64,000 bases of DNA from Eledone cirrhosa (GCA_964016885.1 OZ024745.1:62434001-62498000); one strand, 5' to 3'; shown: positions 1 to 13,462, numbered from the stretch's first letter. A program made the numbers and translations. The notes: generated by a model not told the origin, from the sequence alone.

Positions 1-1
1 A

Positions 2-586
2 AGTTACGGAGTAGGTAGACCCAGAAAAACCTGGGACGATTTGATAAATTCCGACCTTATACACTTACATCTCTCTAAGACAATGTCACTGGACCGAGAT
101 CTTTGGCGCTACGCAGTAATACAGAAAACCCGCCTTGCCTAAGTACAAAGCGAAACCTACAGTCAGTAGGCACCTCTTAATCATTAAACACCCCCATCCC
201 ACTACCCCAACTACACACCCCACCACACCCCCATCAACACCCCTCCTTTCTCTGTAAATTTATGTTGGTACCACAACATCCAGTCCTAAATAAACGAGGT
301 CGTGTAGGTGTCATCACAAAAAAGAAAAACACACACACACACACACACACAGTCCACGCTGTAATGTGGCCATGTAGGTAACACGGTAAAAATCTCCCAG
401 TCCACGCTGTAAAAATGGTTGGTATTAGGAAGGGCATCCAATCGTAGAAAACATGCCAGACAGTCCCATACGAGCGAGACGACGAATCCTGCCTCAAGTG
501 GGACAATTCCCGTCTAAACCCATGCTAGCGTGGAAGATAGACATTAAATAATGATGAATATGATGATGATGATGATGATGATGATA
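2..586 (+). mobile_element. RTE-clade LINE 3' end (ORF C-terminus, 3' UTR, (GAT)n tail)
   Basis: 2-142 translates SYGVGRPRKTWDDLINSDL...MSLDRDLWRYAV...*, the GRPRKTW...DR..WR C-terminus of RTE LINEs; ends in AAACCCATGCTAGCGTGGAAGATAGACATTAAA followed by (GAT)n. Confidence 0.75.
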
Positions 587-776
587 TGAAAATGTTTAAC
601 CCCAACGGCAGAGCTCAAGCCGTTTCGACGGCTATTTCAGTCCAGAAATAGCCGTCGAAATGGCTTGAGCTGTGTCGTCGGGGTTAAACATTTTCATATT
701 ACCCACTCTACTACCGTAAGTATTGAGTACTCTGGTGCGTTATGGTCCATCTGGTTCCTTACCACACTTCCTTCGT

Positions 777-778
<2 letters not shown>
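584..778 (+). mobile_element. Fold-back PLE pLTR mini-element, family A copy 1
   Basis: Near-perfect hairpin 584-699 centred on GACGGCTATTTC-agtcca-GAAATAGCCGTC, then an ~80 bp tail ending at (TA)n; homologous to 15858, 32950 and 47658. Confidence 0.8.
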
Positions 779-819
<41 letters not shown>

Positions 820-824
<5 letters not shown>

Positions 825-1705
825 TGAACATAGACCGAGAAAGAGGAATGTCCATCATCAATAGTCTGCTGAATATCATTGGTATTTCTTCGCATTAAAG
901 ACTAGATACCTAAAATCAGTGCGAGCGATGACTATATTAAGTTATTGGGACAGAGGAAAGTAAACGAACAACATGGTAGTAATGCAACGTAAAGAGAGGA
1001 AGAAAGAGACAAATCAATGAATCTTGTGGGCTTAAATACGAAAAATCAAATGACGAGAAGAGACAGACACATCCGAGCCACACGATAAGTAAGAGAGGAA
1101 AGAATTTCACGCAGGTCACACAGGAGGAAGTGTGAGAGGAGGAGTCGCAGAGAGTGAGTGAGTGAAAGTGTGAGGAAGGGGCCAGCCGAGAGTGTTTGAC
1201 CAGCAGCGGGGGTGGAAGAAAGCAAGAGGTAAAGGAGAGAGAGTGTGAGGAAGGGGCGAGCCGAGAGTGTGTGACCAGCAACAAGGGTGGAAGAAAGCAA
1301 GAGGTAAAGGAGAGAGAAGGGGGAGATAGAATGAGTATAGCAGTAAGGCGACAGAAAAAATACGAACCACGGCGAAGGGAAAAATATATTAGAATGAAAA
1401 ATGGCGCGCTGCGTTGTTGCGAATATGAACATATGAATGAAAATAGACCGAGAAACAGGAATGTCCATCATCAGTAGCCTGCTGATCATCATTGGTATTA
1501 CTTCGCATTAAAGACTAGATACCTAAAACAGTGCGAGCGATAACTAAATTAAGTTATCGGGACAGAGGAAAGTAAACAAACAACATGGTAGTAATGCAAC
1601 GTAAAGAGAGGAAAAGAGAGAATCGTGTGGGCTTAAGGCCGACAAATTAAATGACGAGAAGATACAGACACATCCGAGCCACACGAAAAGTGAGAGAGGA
1701 AAGAT
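820..1705. repeat. Element with ~280 bp direct repeats (820-1105, 1431-1705) between (TA)n tracts
   Basis: ATGAATGAA.ATAGACCGAGAAA...CCGAGCCACACGA...GAGAGGAAAGA occurs twice; internal ~73 bp tandem duplication at 1169-1318. Confidence 0.75.
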
Positions 1706-1715
1706 ATATATATAT

Positions 1716-2103
1716 AATAAGAAAATGCGAAGTAGTTTTAGATGTTAAAGTCCTTTATTGATAATGCTGTGATACATATTTCAATGATGACAGTGGCCAC
1801 TCGGTTCCCTTGTCATATGTAAGAGAACGAGCAAAGGATTCAAGAACTTCCGGTTTGTCCGTCCCTTGTTTAAATTTGGATTGCCTCGGGAACGTAATCT
1901 TATTATGTAAGAAGCTGTCTGACGATGTCAGGGCACTGGGTACACGGAATGGTCATTGAAATATGTATCACAGTATTTTCATTAAAGGACTTTAACATCT
2001 GAAACTACTTCATATTTTCTTATTCTAAATATACCCCGTCATTCCTATGTGGAAAAAGTACGTTGAGTGATTGAATTGAATTGTATCAATGTTTACCGTA
2101 AGT
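1716..2103 (+). mobile_element. Fold-back PLE pLTR mini-element with HHR motif (1914-1974)
   Basis: 1716-1786 is the inverted repeat of ~1955-2024; gctgt-CTGACGA-...-GAAA-tatgta-TC-acagt (stem II weak); (TA)n on both sides. Confidence 0.6.
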
Positions 2104-2228
2104 ATATATATATATGTACTTAACATTCAGTCCTATATATATATTTGCTCTACGGTTCTTATATATTTGATATATGTTTATCCTTATCGAGCCCTCTTTG
2201 GATTTTAGTCTTCAAATTTATTATTATT

Positions 2229-2277
<49 letters not shown>

Positions 2278-2904
2278 GCATGTTAGGTACATAATACTCT
2301 TTTATTATTGTTATAACTATTTTTTTTATTGATATGGATATCGGAGATACATTTAATAATTTGCAGCCTCCTGTCTAAACATATCACAACAGTGGATGCA
2401 ACAAAATGAATAAATGTTTTAAAGAGTTACATTTTATTATTGAATGAAAACAAGAAAATCTACAATCAGATTTAACAATTTAAATCCAGAAATAACGGAA
2501 TTATTGTGAGAGATAATGATGACAAAGGTTTGTGTAATTACCGTACTGCAACAGTAGATCAGTATATGAGTCCTGTCTACTTGCCGATAGGATAAACTAA
2601 GAAGATGTAAAATTTAAGTGTACTCAAAAGTGTCTCGTCAAATCATATTGGAACTACGAATAAATATCGATTAACAAATTTAAGTGGAAATATCTGATTA
2701 AATCAAGAAAATCCTCAGCTCTAGGTGAAATAATTAAAATCAGATTTTAAAATAAGAAACAGAAATGACAAATATATATTTTATTATCAATATACACAAT
2801 GGTGTGCTCATACGTTGAGATGAGATAAAATATGTCATAAAAGATGGTGGCAACTGAAAAAAGCTCCTGCTATTTATTCATTACTGTTTTTACTATTATG
2901 TAAA

Positions 2905-3512
2905 TTGGTAGAAGCGGTAGGGTGTCGGTATCATGCTCCATGGCATACAGTTACGTCCCTTTACATTCAAATTCTACCGAGGTTAACTTTGCCTTTCATA
3001 CTTACGATGTCGATAAAATAAAGTATCAGCAACGCACTGGGTTTGGTTTATTCGACTTTCCCCTTCCTCCAAAATTCCTGGCCTTGTGCATCAATCAGAA
3101 ACCATTATTATTAGCGCTGGATTGGCAGTATCGGTAGAGAGTCGGACGCCATGCTTTCCAGCGTAGTTACGTCCCTTTACGGTCTGAGTTCGAATCCCGC
3201 CGAGGTTAACTTTGCCTTTCATCCTTACCGGGTTGATAAAATAAAGTACCAGTAATGCACTAGGTAATTACTGGCCTCGTGCCAAAAGTAGAAGCAATTA
3301 TTATTACTATTGCTATTAGGGCGGTGGATTGGCAGTATCAGTAGAGGGCCGGACGCCATGCTTTGCGATATAGAGTCACGGCCCTTTATGGTTTGAATTC
3401 AAATCCCGCCGAGGTTAATTTTGCCTTTCATCCTTACGGGGTCGATAAAATGAAGTACCAGTTCTGCACTGGGGTCGATTGCTGGCCTTGTGCCTATATA
3501 AGAAACCATTAT
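2905..3512 (+). mobile_element. Three tandem tRNA-derived SINEs (2905-3112, 3113-3305, 3318-3512)
   Basis: Head GGCGGTGGATTGGCAG...GAGTTCGAATCCC (A/B-box-like), core GCCTTTCATCCTTACGGGGTCGATAAAATAAAGTACCAG, (TTA)n tail. Confidence 0.85.
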
Positions 3513-4306
3513 TGATACCTTCAGTATCTTTACGTTTAATCACATAACTTCTGTTTAAATTAATTCTCATGTAGCAGGAAAATATTCAGATATTCTAAAA
3601 AGTATAAAATTTCACATATTCTTTAGATAGGGCAGCCTATATTATTTATTCCGGATATCGCGTGTATTCTAACCCCGGGCTTATGCGTATTCGAAACTTT
3701 ATATTTATACACATACGCATATATATTTACATACTGTAAAATACTGAAAGGACTTTGGCACAAAATGTGGAAGTGAATTTCCATTTCCACTAAACCTCCT
3801 CACCCTCTATGAATGATATAGCACTTTTTGACAGCTTCCTTGGGTTCAATGGCTTGTCACTTTTCATGTTAACATTTATGTTTAACACATTTATCTATCA
3901 GCTAAATATATTTTATTAATAAAAAAGCAAACAATTTGTAAACAAATCTATTCTAAATATCAACATTACAGATACTTAAACATTGTCTATTGAAGGTACA
4001 AGCAATTATAAATCACGGAAAAACATGTTATAAATCCATAAGAAAATTTTAATTCATCAAGTATCTGCAAAATGCTTCATAAATATACACCAGTCGAAAT
4101 CGTATCAAATGCTAGCTGAAAGATCCAACACCTTCTCTTCGTATTGATTCTCTCTAACTCACAAATTATTTTTCATTTAAGCTAGCATTCATTAACAGTT
4201 ATATAAAAAAAAAACACCCCACGCATTACAATATTGTTTATTGTTATTAATATTTGAGTTATGTTGTACTTTAGGCTTTCTACTAGTAATGTTAAAGTGA
4301 CATTAT

Positions 4307-4427
4307 GTCTGAGTTTAAATCCCGGCGAGGTTAACTTGGCCTTTCATCCTTACGAGGTCGATAAAATAAAGTACCAGTAATGCACTGGGATAATTGCTGG
4401 CCTTGTGCCGAAAGTAGAAATAATTAT
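4307..4427 (+). mobile_element. 5'-truncated SINE, same family
   Basis: CCTTTCATCCTTACGAGGTCGATAAAATAAAGTACCAG core and 3' tail. Confidence 0.8.
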
Positions 4428-5854
4428 GTACTTTATAATTTTCGATAGTGCCGTCCTTGCTTCTTGTTTATATAATAGAGTGTATTTTAGCTTTCTGTCT
4501 TGATATTAGGTAGTGTAAACAAAGACTTGCTTATTTAATGAACTGTCTTTTTGCAGTCTGACTTTTGGGAAACGATGATGGTGTGTATGTTCCACATTAT
4601 TCAAAATAGGATGGAACGTCTGTGGGCAAATCGATGTTAATTAGCTATTAATTGAATATGTGCATTTCCAAGGCTGATTGAATGGAACTACATAATTACT
4701 ATGGATTAGTCTGTATGTTTCAGCCCACTGAAACGATCGTAATTTAATGGATTAATTACTATCTAATTTTATCTTTCTTAGTTTTATAATATACAGCCGC
4801 CCTCACACACACACACATGTATATAGACACAGATATACACACATTCACAAACGCGTACGCATACATATACAGACTCGCACACACACACACACACACACAC
4901 ATACATACATACACATGCACACACACACACATATATAAAGAGAGAGAATGAGAGAAAGAAAGAGACAGAAAAAGAGTGACATAAAGGGAGAGAGAGGAAG
5001 AGAGGCACTGTGAGAGAATGAGAAAAAGAGAAAGAGATGGTTTTCAATTAGTTTATAAGTGGGATGAATGCACATTTGTAAACGTACACATGTGCCAGGG
5101 AAACAAACAAACGTGAATAATCTAAATTTATTACTTGATAATGCAGATAAATTGATTAATTGAACCTGCATTGTGTCACATAGCGATTGCCGTGTTGAAT
5201 AGATTAACAATATCGTTCTATTGTAGCCTTTTTTTTTATTCAACCTAATACTGAGAAATTAATATTCTCTTCGATTGTGACTATGAACAGGATTAATGTG
5301 ATTCAAACTTTTGTTGCTCAGTGTCTTATTAATGTGCTGTTTTATCGGAGACTCGGAGGTCGTTCTCCTCTCTACTCATTTGCACACTATCTCTTTTTAA
5401 TTCATTCCGTATGCTGGAAGAACATGTATGTTTTATCGAACGTTTTCATAATGAGATATTTAGTAGATTACGGATTCTTATGGGATTAAATCTTCCACTA
5501 ATTAGAAACGTGTGTTGCTTTTGTAAGATACATATTTGCTTCCTCGGCATTGGTTTCTTTTTTCATTTTATGAGTTTAAGGGAATTGTTGTATTTCTCTA
5601 CTAAGTCTACATCAGATTGACATGGCCATCAGTTCAACGAAACTACTTCATATAATTCGTAAGGTTTGTAATCAAGCAGACACATTCTGAGTTGCGTTAA
5701 TGGAATAGTTACCAATAACATAACAAAATCACAATGCAGTATCCAATTTTTCAAACGTTTGTCACTCAATGTAGATAATGAATCAGTGTTTATAAATGAA
5801 TTTTTCCTTCGTAATAAAATGCATGATACTAAACACACAAACGACATATTAAAT

Positions 5855-6035
5855 AATTGTTACTACTTTAGGCACAAGGCCAGAAATTACCCAGGGCATT
5901 ACTGGTACTTTATTTTATCGACCCCGTAAGGATGAAAGGCAAAGTCAACCTCGGCGGGATTTGAACTCATATCGTAAAGGGAGTAACTATGCTGGAAAGC
6001 ATGGCGTCCGACCCTCTACCGATACTGCCAATCTA
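5855..6035 (-). mobile_element. SINE with ~18 bp target-site duplication
   Basis: Reverse complement of SINE consensus; AACGACATATTAAATAAT at 5840 and 6035; short extra SINE-tail stub at 6050-6070. Confidence 0.85.
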
Positions 6036-6389
6036 ACGACATATTAAATAATTGTTTCTACGTTAGGCACATTAAATAATGATATATATTTGGTCCACCT
6101 TTGAAGGTTTTATAAACTTCAGAATATGTATAATTACTGAGACATCACTGGCACTGTACTCACTGTTACTAGCTCTATACCATTCATCATCAACCGATCT
6201 TGTCTGTGAGAATATCATTAAAGCTTATCAGCACAGTATGTAATAAAAATGTATGTCACGAAATTCCGCGAATGTGTTGAGTTGTGTATCAGCAGGGAAT
6301 TCTGAAGCCACCATTATCTCTGAGTGGAAATAAAATGTACAGTATAAATAGACTGTGAGACTAAGCCATATCCACATGATTTGTATGAG

Positions 6390-6447
<58 letters not shown>

Positions 6448-6542
6448 TACATATATATATACACACACATATATATTTATATATATATATATTTATATAT
6501 ATATATTCACACACATATATATGTATATATATATACACTCAC

Positions 6543-6582
<40 letters not shown>

Positions 6583-6790
6583 TGTTATATTTGGGGAGGG
6601 TCATATTTGCGTAATATTGCCAGAATTAATAACAGAACACACTCACTGTTTGGTTGGTTTTCGCTTCTCGCTGTCTTTTATATATATATATCTGCGATCT
6701 AACTTACTCGGTCCTCAATGTTGCCATTGACTGACCGGCGGTCAAAAATAATACAGATACAATATAGACAAACACATATATATATAGTTT

Positions 6791-6834
6791 ACATAAATCT
6801 TTCGTTGCACATCTGCAACATCGTCAGTGGTGTT
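6791..6834 (-). ncRNA. Minimal hammerhead ribozyme motif
   Basis: Minus strand: CTGACGA t-gttgca-gatg-tgcaac GAAA gat TTA; stems I and III short. Confidence 0.65.
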
Positions 6835-7100
6835 ATATTCATTGTTCCTCCTGTTGTGTTGTATGTCTACGCCATTTTTTTTTGTTCAGTCTGTCTATAT
6901 ATTTATTTATTTATTTGCTTGTTTGTTTATCTTATTTTATTTTGTCTTCTTTGCGCATGCGTTTGCGTGTGTGTATAGTGTTATGTGTGATGTGTGACTA
7001 GTGTGTATAGTGTTGTGTCTGCTGGGTGACTAGTGTGTGTTTATGTGCTTGTGTATGTATTTATTTATCTTATTTTATTTAATTTAATTTACTTATTTAT

Positions 7101-7856
7101 TTATACTTCTCTTAGGTCAGTGTTGTTTGTTTGGGTGTTGTTGTTGTTCCACTCATTCTTTCTGTTTAGCTTTGGTCTTCTAATTTCTATTTCACTGGCC
7201 TCTCTGATTTGCCTATCTGCTGGGTCATTCCTATGTTTAGATATTATTCTAATTTCTATGTTGTCTATGTTACCGTCATGATGTTGTCTAGCATGTTCAT
7301 ATAGTACTGACCCGTTTTTTCGTCCTTTTAGTTCTCCCCAGTGTTGGTCTATCCTTTCACCTATGCTACGAGCTGTCTCACCTATGTATGTTGTTGTCGT
7401 GTTTCTGCAAGTACCCTCTGTACATCTTATGCTATAGACTACATTTCTAGTTTTACAGTTTATCCGGGGGTTCACCTTACATATGATACATTTCCTATTG
7501 GTACAGTGGGTTTTCTTAAAAGGGTAGGTTTTGCTGATCAGGGATTTTATGGTGGTTCCTGGCTTTTCTACCACCTTTATTTTTAAGTGGGTCTTTCTCA
7601 GGGCCTTTCTACACTGGTTAGCTAATTTCCCTCCAGGGGTGGCGTCCACAAACATGACACTCTGATATCTCTGGTTGTCGTACCATGATGTGGCCTTCCC
7701 TATCTTATGTCTAGCCCTATCTAAGCTATTCCATGATTTGCTCCTGTATAGTGGGCAAATTCCTTTCATGTCCAGTTCTATGAGGGTCTTATACTTTTCC
7801 ATGGCTCCTTCGTATACTCTGACTCTGTCTCTTTGGTTGTAGCCAGAGAACTGCAT
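7101..7856 (-). CDS. PLE ORF C-terminal part: RT thumb/linker plus GIY-YIG endonuclease (open but 5'-truncated)
   Basis: MFVDATPGGKLA..KVVEKPG, CxxC, NVVYSIRC...YIGETARS..ERI.QH...SVLYEH...H...RQIREA...LNRKNEW. Confidence 0.8.
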   Translation of the reverse strand: MQFSGYNQRDRVRVYEGAMEKYKTLIELDMKGICPLYRSKSWNSLDRARHKIGKATSWYDNQRYQSVMFVDATPGGKLANQCRKALRKTHLKIKVVEKPGTTIKSLISKTYPFKKTHCTNRKCIICKVNPRINCKTRNVVYSIRCTEGTCRNTTTTYIGETARSIGERIDQHWGELKGRKNGSVLYEHARQHHDGNIDNIEIRIISKHRNDPADRQIREASEIEIRRPKLNRKNEWNNNNTQTNNTDLREV

Positions 7857-8358
7857 GCGGTTGATATATTAAAATAACAGATAATAGTTTAAGCAGAGAA
7901 CTGCATGCGGTTGATATATTAAAATAACAGATAATAGTTTAAGCAAAGAATCGCTGCTTTCACCCTTAACGGGATCTTCTGAAACTAACAAAGCCAATCT
8001 GTGAACGCAGAGGTGAATATTTAAAAAAACGTTGCAACAGGAGGAAGACAGGAAGACGATACTTTGGTTCGTGGAAACGTTCCCTGGAAAGAACGGGAAA
8101 AAACGAATTTTTACGTCATTATTTGGAGCGGTGAAAAACAATTTCACGCAAAGACGAAACCACGTTTATGGTATAAAAGAAGTCGTAGACTAATATTCTC
8201 TTAGATGGTTCATAGAGACATTCTCTGGCAATGAACGGAAAACACGAAGATAATACGTCATATGTGGAGCGTGGAGAACAATTGAACGCAAAGACAAAAC
8301 CACGTAAATGATATAACTGAAGTCGTAGACTAAAATTCTAACTAAATTCTAAAATTCT

Positions 8359-8386
<28 letters not shown>

Positions 8387-8389
<3 letters not shown>

Positions 8390-8756
8390 TAAAATACAAA
8401 TATTAATAAAATAGATGTTCCTTTGATCAATTAAATGTTATTATACATATTTCAGAGGTACAACAGTACGTCCTCATCAGACAAAATATAATGATACATG
8501 ACATACCCTGAGATGTTAAATGGTTAAGATTTAATCAAGGTAGTTGTACGTATCATTATATTTTGTCTAAATGAGGACGTACTGTTGTACCTCTGAAATA
8601 TGTATATTAAAATTTAATTGATCAAAAGAACATCTATTTTATTAATATTTGTATTTTAATACTAATAACTGTGGAAAATTATTTCGTGTATAGTGGTTCC
8701 ATTCTACTGTAAAACTCATTCTTTGATGTACTCATTGAATTTTGTTTAACTCTTTA
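8387..8756 (+). mobile_element. Fold-back pLTR mini-element with HHR motif
   Basis: ~8387-8497 inverted versus ~8550-8660; left arm on minus strand reads CTGATGA ggacgtactgttgtacctct GAAA tatgta TA; right-arm core mutated to CTAAATGA; (TA)n flanks. Confidence 0.75.
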
Positions 8757-8771
8757 ATATATATATACATA

Positions 8772-8894
8772 TATATGTTGATGCCCTAAGGACAGACACT
8801 GGTCTGTTGGAGATGCAGGATATGGCAGCGATAATGAGGGACAGAGACCGCTGGAGAGAACTCGTCCATGGATCTCGGGAATTTTACCCGCCTT

Positions 8895-8896
<2 letters not shown>
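8772..8896 (+). mobile_element. RTE-like LINE extreme 3' fragment with (TA)n tail
   Basis: Translates [31 protein letters not shown]; second copy at 54130-54280. Confidence 0.65.
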
Positions 8897-8985
<89 letters not shown>

Positions 8986-9000
8986 AATATATATAAATAT

Positions 9001-9128
<128 letters not shown>

Positions 9129-9134
9129 ATATAT

Positions 9135-9373
9135 ATGGAAAAGGATGAAACGAAATTTCATTGCTCACTCTTAGTACGGCTGATACCTAAATATAAGTGT
9201 GTATACGTACATACATATATGTGTACAGACGTACAGTAGTATATATATATATATATATATATACATACATACACACATATATATATGTACGTATGGGTTT
9301 ACCGAACATTTATTATAATAATTCGGTTTGTTTGTAAACAAACACCCCGTACATATATATATATGTGTGCATG

Positions 9374-9412
<39 letters not shown>

Positions 9413-9465
9413 CTGTACGTCTGTACACATATATGTATGTACGTATACATACTTATATTTATATA
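9135..9465. mobile_element. Family B pLTR fragment with internal inverted repeat
   Basis: GGAAAAGGATGAAACGAAATTTCATTGCTCACTCTTAGTACGG... homologous to 18902-19770 and 47260-47640. Confidence 0.65.
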
Positions 9466-9472
9466 CATATAC

Positions 9473-9529
<57 letters not shown>

Positions 9530-9646
9530 TATATACACACACATATATATATATATATATATGTATGCATACACTTCCTGTAATATCAAGCGTTAATCTA
9601 ATATTTTCCTTCCATATACTGTACCGATTGTGTTATTGCTATTTAC

Positions 9647-9772
<126 letters not shown>

Positions 9773-9789
9773 ATCTTTGTTGTAGAGAC

Positions 9790-9995
9790 AGGTTTCTGCT
9801 TTAGGCACAAGTCTAACAATTTTAATAGAGAGGAAATCGATTAAACGGACCCCAGTGCGTTACTGGTACTTTATTTTCTCGGGCCGCCATGATGAAAGGC
9901 AAATTTATTCTTGGTGCGATTTGAAATCAGAACTTAAAGGGAGATCACTATATGCTATAAAACATGTCCAACGCTGTGCTGATATTGTTAACCCA
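9790..9995 (-). mobile_element. Diverged SINE copy
   Basis: CTGGTACTTTATTTTCTCG...GATGAAAGGC core in reverse orientation. Confidence 0.7.
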
Positions 9996-10890
9996 CATAG
10001 CCTGTGACTCATGATCAAAATAACACCTTTTCCACCCAGTTTATGAATATTTATAAAGAATTGATTGTATACGTCATTTGAATTTCAGATATAATATTGT
10101 AAATATCTCATTCGTTACAGTTATTCATCTTTCACTGTGAAATATGTTCATATATGCTATGAACAGCATGTGCCAGAGGAAGGGTTTAAAACAATAAAGA
10201 ATGTTCATTGGGATACCCGTGAGTTTAATGATGTCATTCTTCTATACATATTGGGTTAGTTCAAGAACAGATGTTCCAACCACAAATAGATACACAGAAA
10301 TCGCGATAAACATAAGGATCTAAGGGGTTTAGTGAGTTTTCATAAGGTGTCTCATTTTAAATATTTGACTATATACTTAATGTTGATTGTATTGAAATAA
10401 GCTGGATAGTTTGAAATTAGAAGGCAAAAAGCCCCCACCCCCGAATATATACAGCAATGGAATTAACATGTCCATATCACATTTTCAGTAAACATAGATT
10501 GTTACATTATTTTCTAATACTCGAATGTATGTTGGGTAGAGGTGGGTAGATTTTGAACTTAAATCACAGAGTGAGTGCTAAAATGAATACCGTAAAATTG
10601 GGCTATAATGAATATTACTTCATCTTCCGTGTCTTATAATGAATGCTCATGCTTAATTAAAAAAAGGAAATAGGGAACGCAGTAAATATAGGCATTGATC
10701 AAAGCAACAACGTGTCCGTCCAACGGAATGACAAAGTATAGCAAACATTGAACTGAATATGTTAATTAATACTATTCCTGAAGAAAAACAAATCAAATTT
10801 ATCTTATATTATCAGTGAAAGTTATAAAGAGGCCGAGAAAACGTAACACAGATATAGACAACGTTATATATGTATACATACATAGGTATT

Positions 10891-11010
<120 letters not shown>

Positions 11011-11113
11011 TGTATTTATGAACTATGGATGAACTAAACCACTCAGACATAAACGTTCTATATGTATTATATATATATATATACACATACATACACGCTC
11101 ACACAAACACACG

Positions 11114-11174
<61 letters not shown>

Positions 11175-11269
11175 TTATATATATATATACGTATATATAT
11201 ATACGTATACACATACATACATACATATATATATATATACGTATATATATATATATATGTATGTATGTA

Positions 11270-11335
<66 letters not shown>

Positions 11336-12539
11336 ATCAGTGATTAAATGGAATGGAAAGATTTTAAATCTAAGCTACTTATCTGCTTGAATTACTAATG
11401 TTCTCCGTATTTTATAAAGAAGATGTCTAGGCAACAAAGCATTCGTTTGTTGTCCCTAAATCATTGAAAAAGTTTATTTTCATTAATTCTTTTCTTCATT
11501 ATTTTTTTTTTACTTAAAATCTTATCTTATCGGTCGTAACAAGTAAAATCAAACCCAATCCCACATCGTCTAAATAAAACTTCTATTTTGTAAATCAGTT
11601 TAACGGTAATACGTTCCTCTATTTCATAAATCTTTGTTTGAGATATTTTACTTCTATGATCATATAGTACGTTTTATTATTTTTTACGTAATTCATATTG
11701 CATTCATTATTAAATTTGATGCATGATGCTGAGTATAATTTTTTTCATAAATAAAAGACTATTAAAAAACAGAAGTTTCATATAAAGTATATCATTTTTT
11801 TATAGACATAGGCATTTAGAGTTTATAGAATCTCAATATATAACTATAGATATATAAAGATACTGAATTGATATTCATATACGATTGTAGTTGTAGAAAT
11901 AAATGTGGCGTATACTTTGCTGATAGAAATATAAATGAATATCATTATAACTATATAATTATTTAATACCAAATGTATATCTTGGATGTATGGCTACTAC
12001 GATACGTAGTTCCATTACAATTAGGCACAAAAACATAGAATCATTGACACATGCACATATATACGTACAACATCGCATATGTACACACAGGTGCATTCAC
12101 ACACGCCTATATACACATTCACCTGCCTACACACATATTTACATAGATAACTGCAGATTTGGTTGTTTATGAATATATTTCCTCGAATGGAAATTTATCC
12201 TGTAAGATATTCTTCTATTCATATTTTTCATCGTATCAAACATTCCCATTCGAAATACATATAGTATAGATATAAATGAAACATCATATTTTGTCAATAT
12301 TTTCCATGGTTTATAGGGTGGGCTTAATATTTTGATATATATATTTATACGTGAATAACAAAATATATCTTTGAGATACCCAGTTTTCGGTTTTCTCTCG
12401 GTTTACTCGCAAGGTGTGTCGAAGTTCTGTTTTTCGTAAGCTAATATCATTATTTATTTTTTTTAAAGTAAATTTTTGCTGTATGGTATTCGCATGCTTA
12501 CTTGTAATGTATAATTAACTATTTCAACTATACTGTATT

Positions 12540-13462
12540 TATGATAGACACAGCACTGGGGCTGCATTGACGAACTAGAGGCGAACTAACTTATAAATTT
12601 AGAAGGGGCCTAGACATGTTCAAATTAAATATTAAGATAGTTGAAAGAACAGGTATTCCCATAAAAACCCTAATTAGTAAAACATGTTCATTTCAAAGAA
12701 TCCCCAGCACTGATAGGAAATGCATAGTCTGCGAGCTAAGCCCGCAAACTAACTGGAAAAGTAAAAATGTAGTATATAGCATAAGATATACCGAGGGACA
12801 GTGAAGGAAGAAGAAAATGACATCCATAGGTGAAACAGCCCATAGCATAGGAGGAAGGGAAGCTAGACACTGGCAAGGACACCAAGATGGGAAAAACACA
12901 TCAACACTCCACCAACATGTCAAAATAGAACATAGGGAGAACATAGAAAAAAAAATGATATCCACACAGAAAAGATGCAATGCTCAGACAAATTACATAG
13001 GCGACCAACATAAACGAACTCCAGCCAAAATTAAACAGAAAACATGAGTGGAATAGCAACATCACAGCAAGTAACTAAGGACAAAATGAAGACATTCACA
13101 GACATACAAAAACAAATCTAATAAAACAAATCAGAAACACACAGATAGAACAGACAACCAACTAGTGGCAAGTAAATAAGCATACATGAATAAATAAAAA
13201 CACACATACGTGCAAACCAAGCATACAACGCACAACACACAAAAAACAAGATGGTATAGGACAGAAAAAAGGAGGGACACAAAATAAAAACCCAGTCACT
13301 GAGGAGTTCACAGAATGTTTGACAAAAGAGCTTCGACAATATATAAACAACCTTCCGGTTATCGAACCAACGAACCAACCGGGAATTTATAATAAATTGA
13401 AGTGAAAACCAACAGATGCATTGGATTTTCTCGGCAGCTTGACCGTCCCAAAGTATAACAAT
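12540..13462 (+). mobile_element. Degenerate Naiad-like PLE 3' fragment (GIY-YIG relic plus pLTR)
   Basis: IKIVERTG..IKTLISK...CIVC...NVVYSIR...SIGETAHS...LNRKHEW with a stop and frameshifts; terminus GACCGTCCCAAAGTATAACAAT(AT)n; degenerate HHR ~13295-13337. Confidence 0.8.

Larger units (their letters stand above)
6580..7861 (-). mobile_element. 5'-truncated Penelope-like element (Naiad-like) with 3' pLTR ending in (TA)n
   Basis: Contains ORF 7101-7856; 3' terminus ATGACCCTCCCCAAATATAACAAT shared with 13441, 37950 and 41668; HHR at 6791-6834. Confidence 0.85.

Noticed and set aside
2905-3512. CRISPR-like repeat/spacer or tRNA gene cluster
   Set aside because: Units are ~200 bp SINEs dispersed elsewhere in the window; no cloverleaf, no cas genes, eukaryotic context
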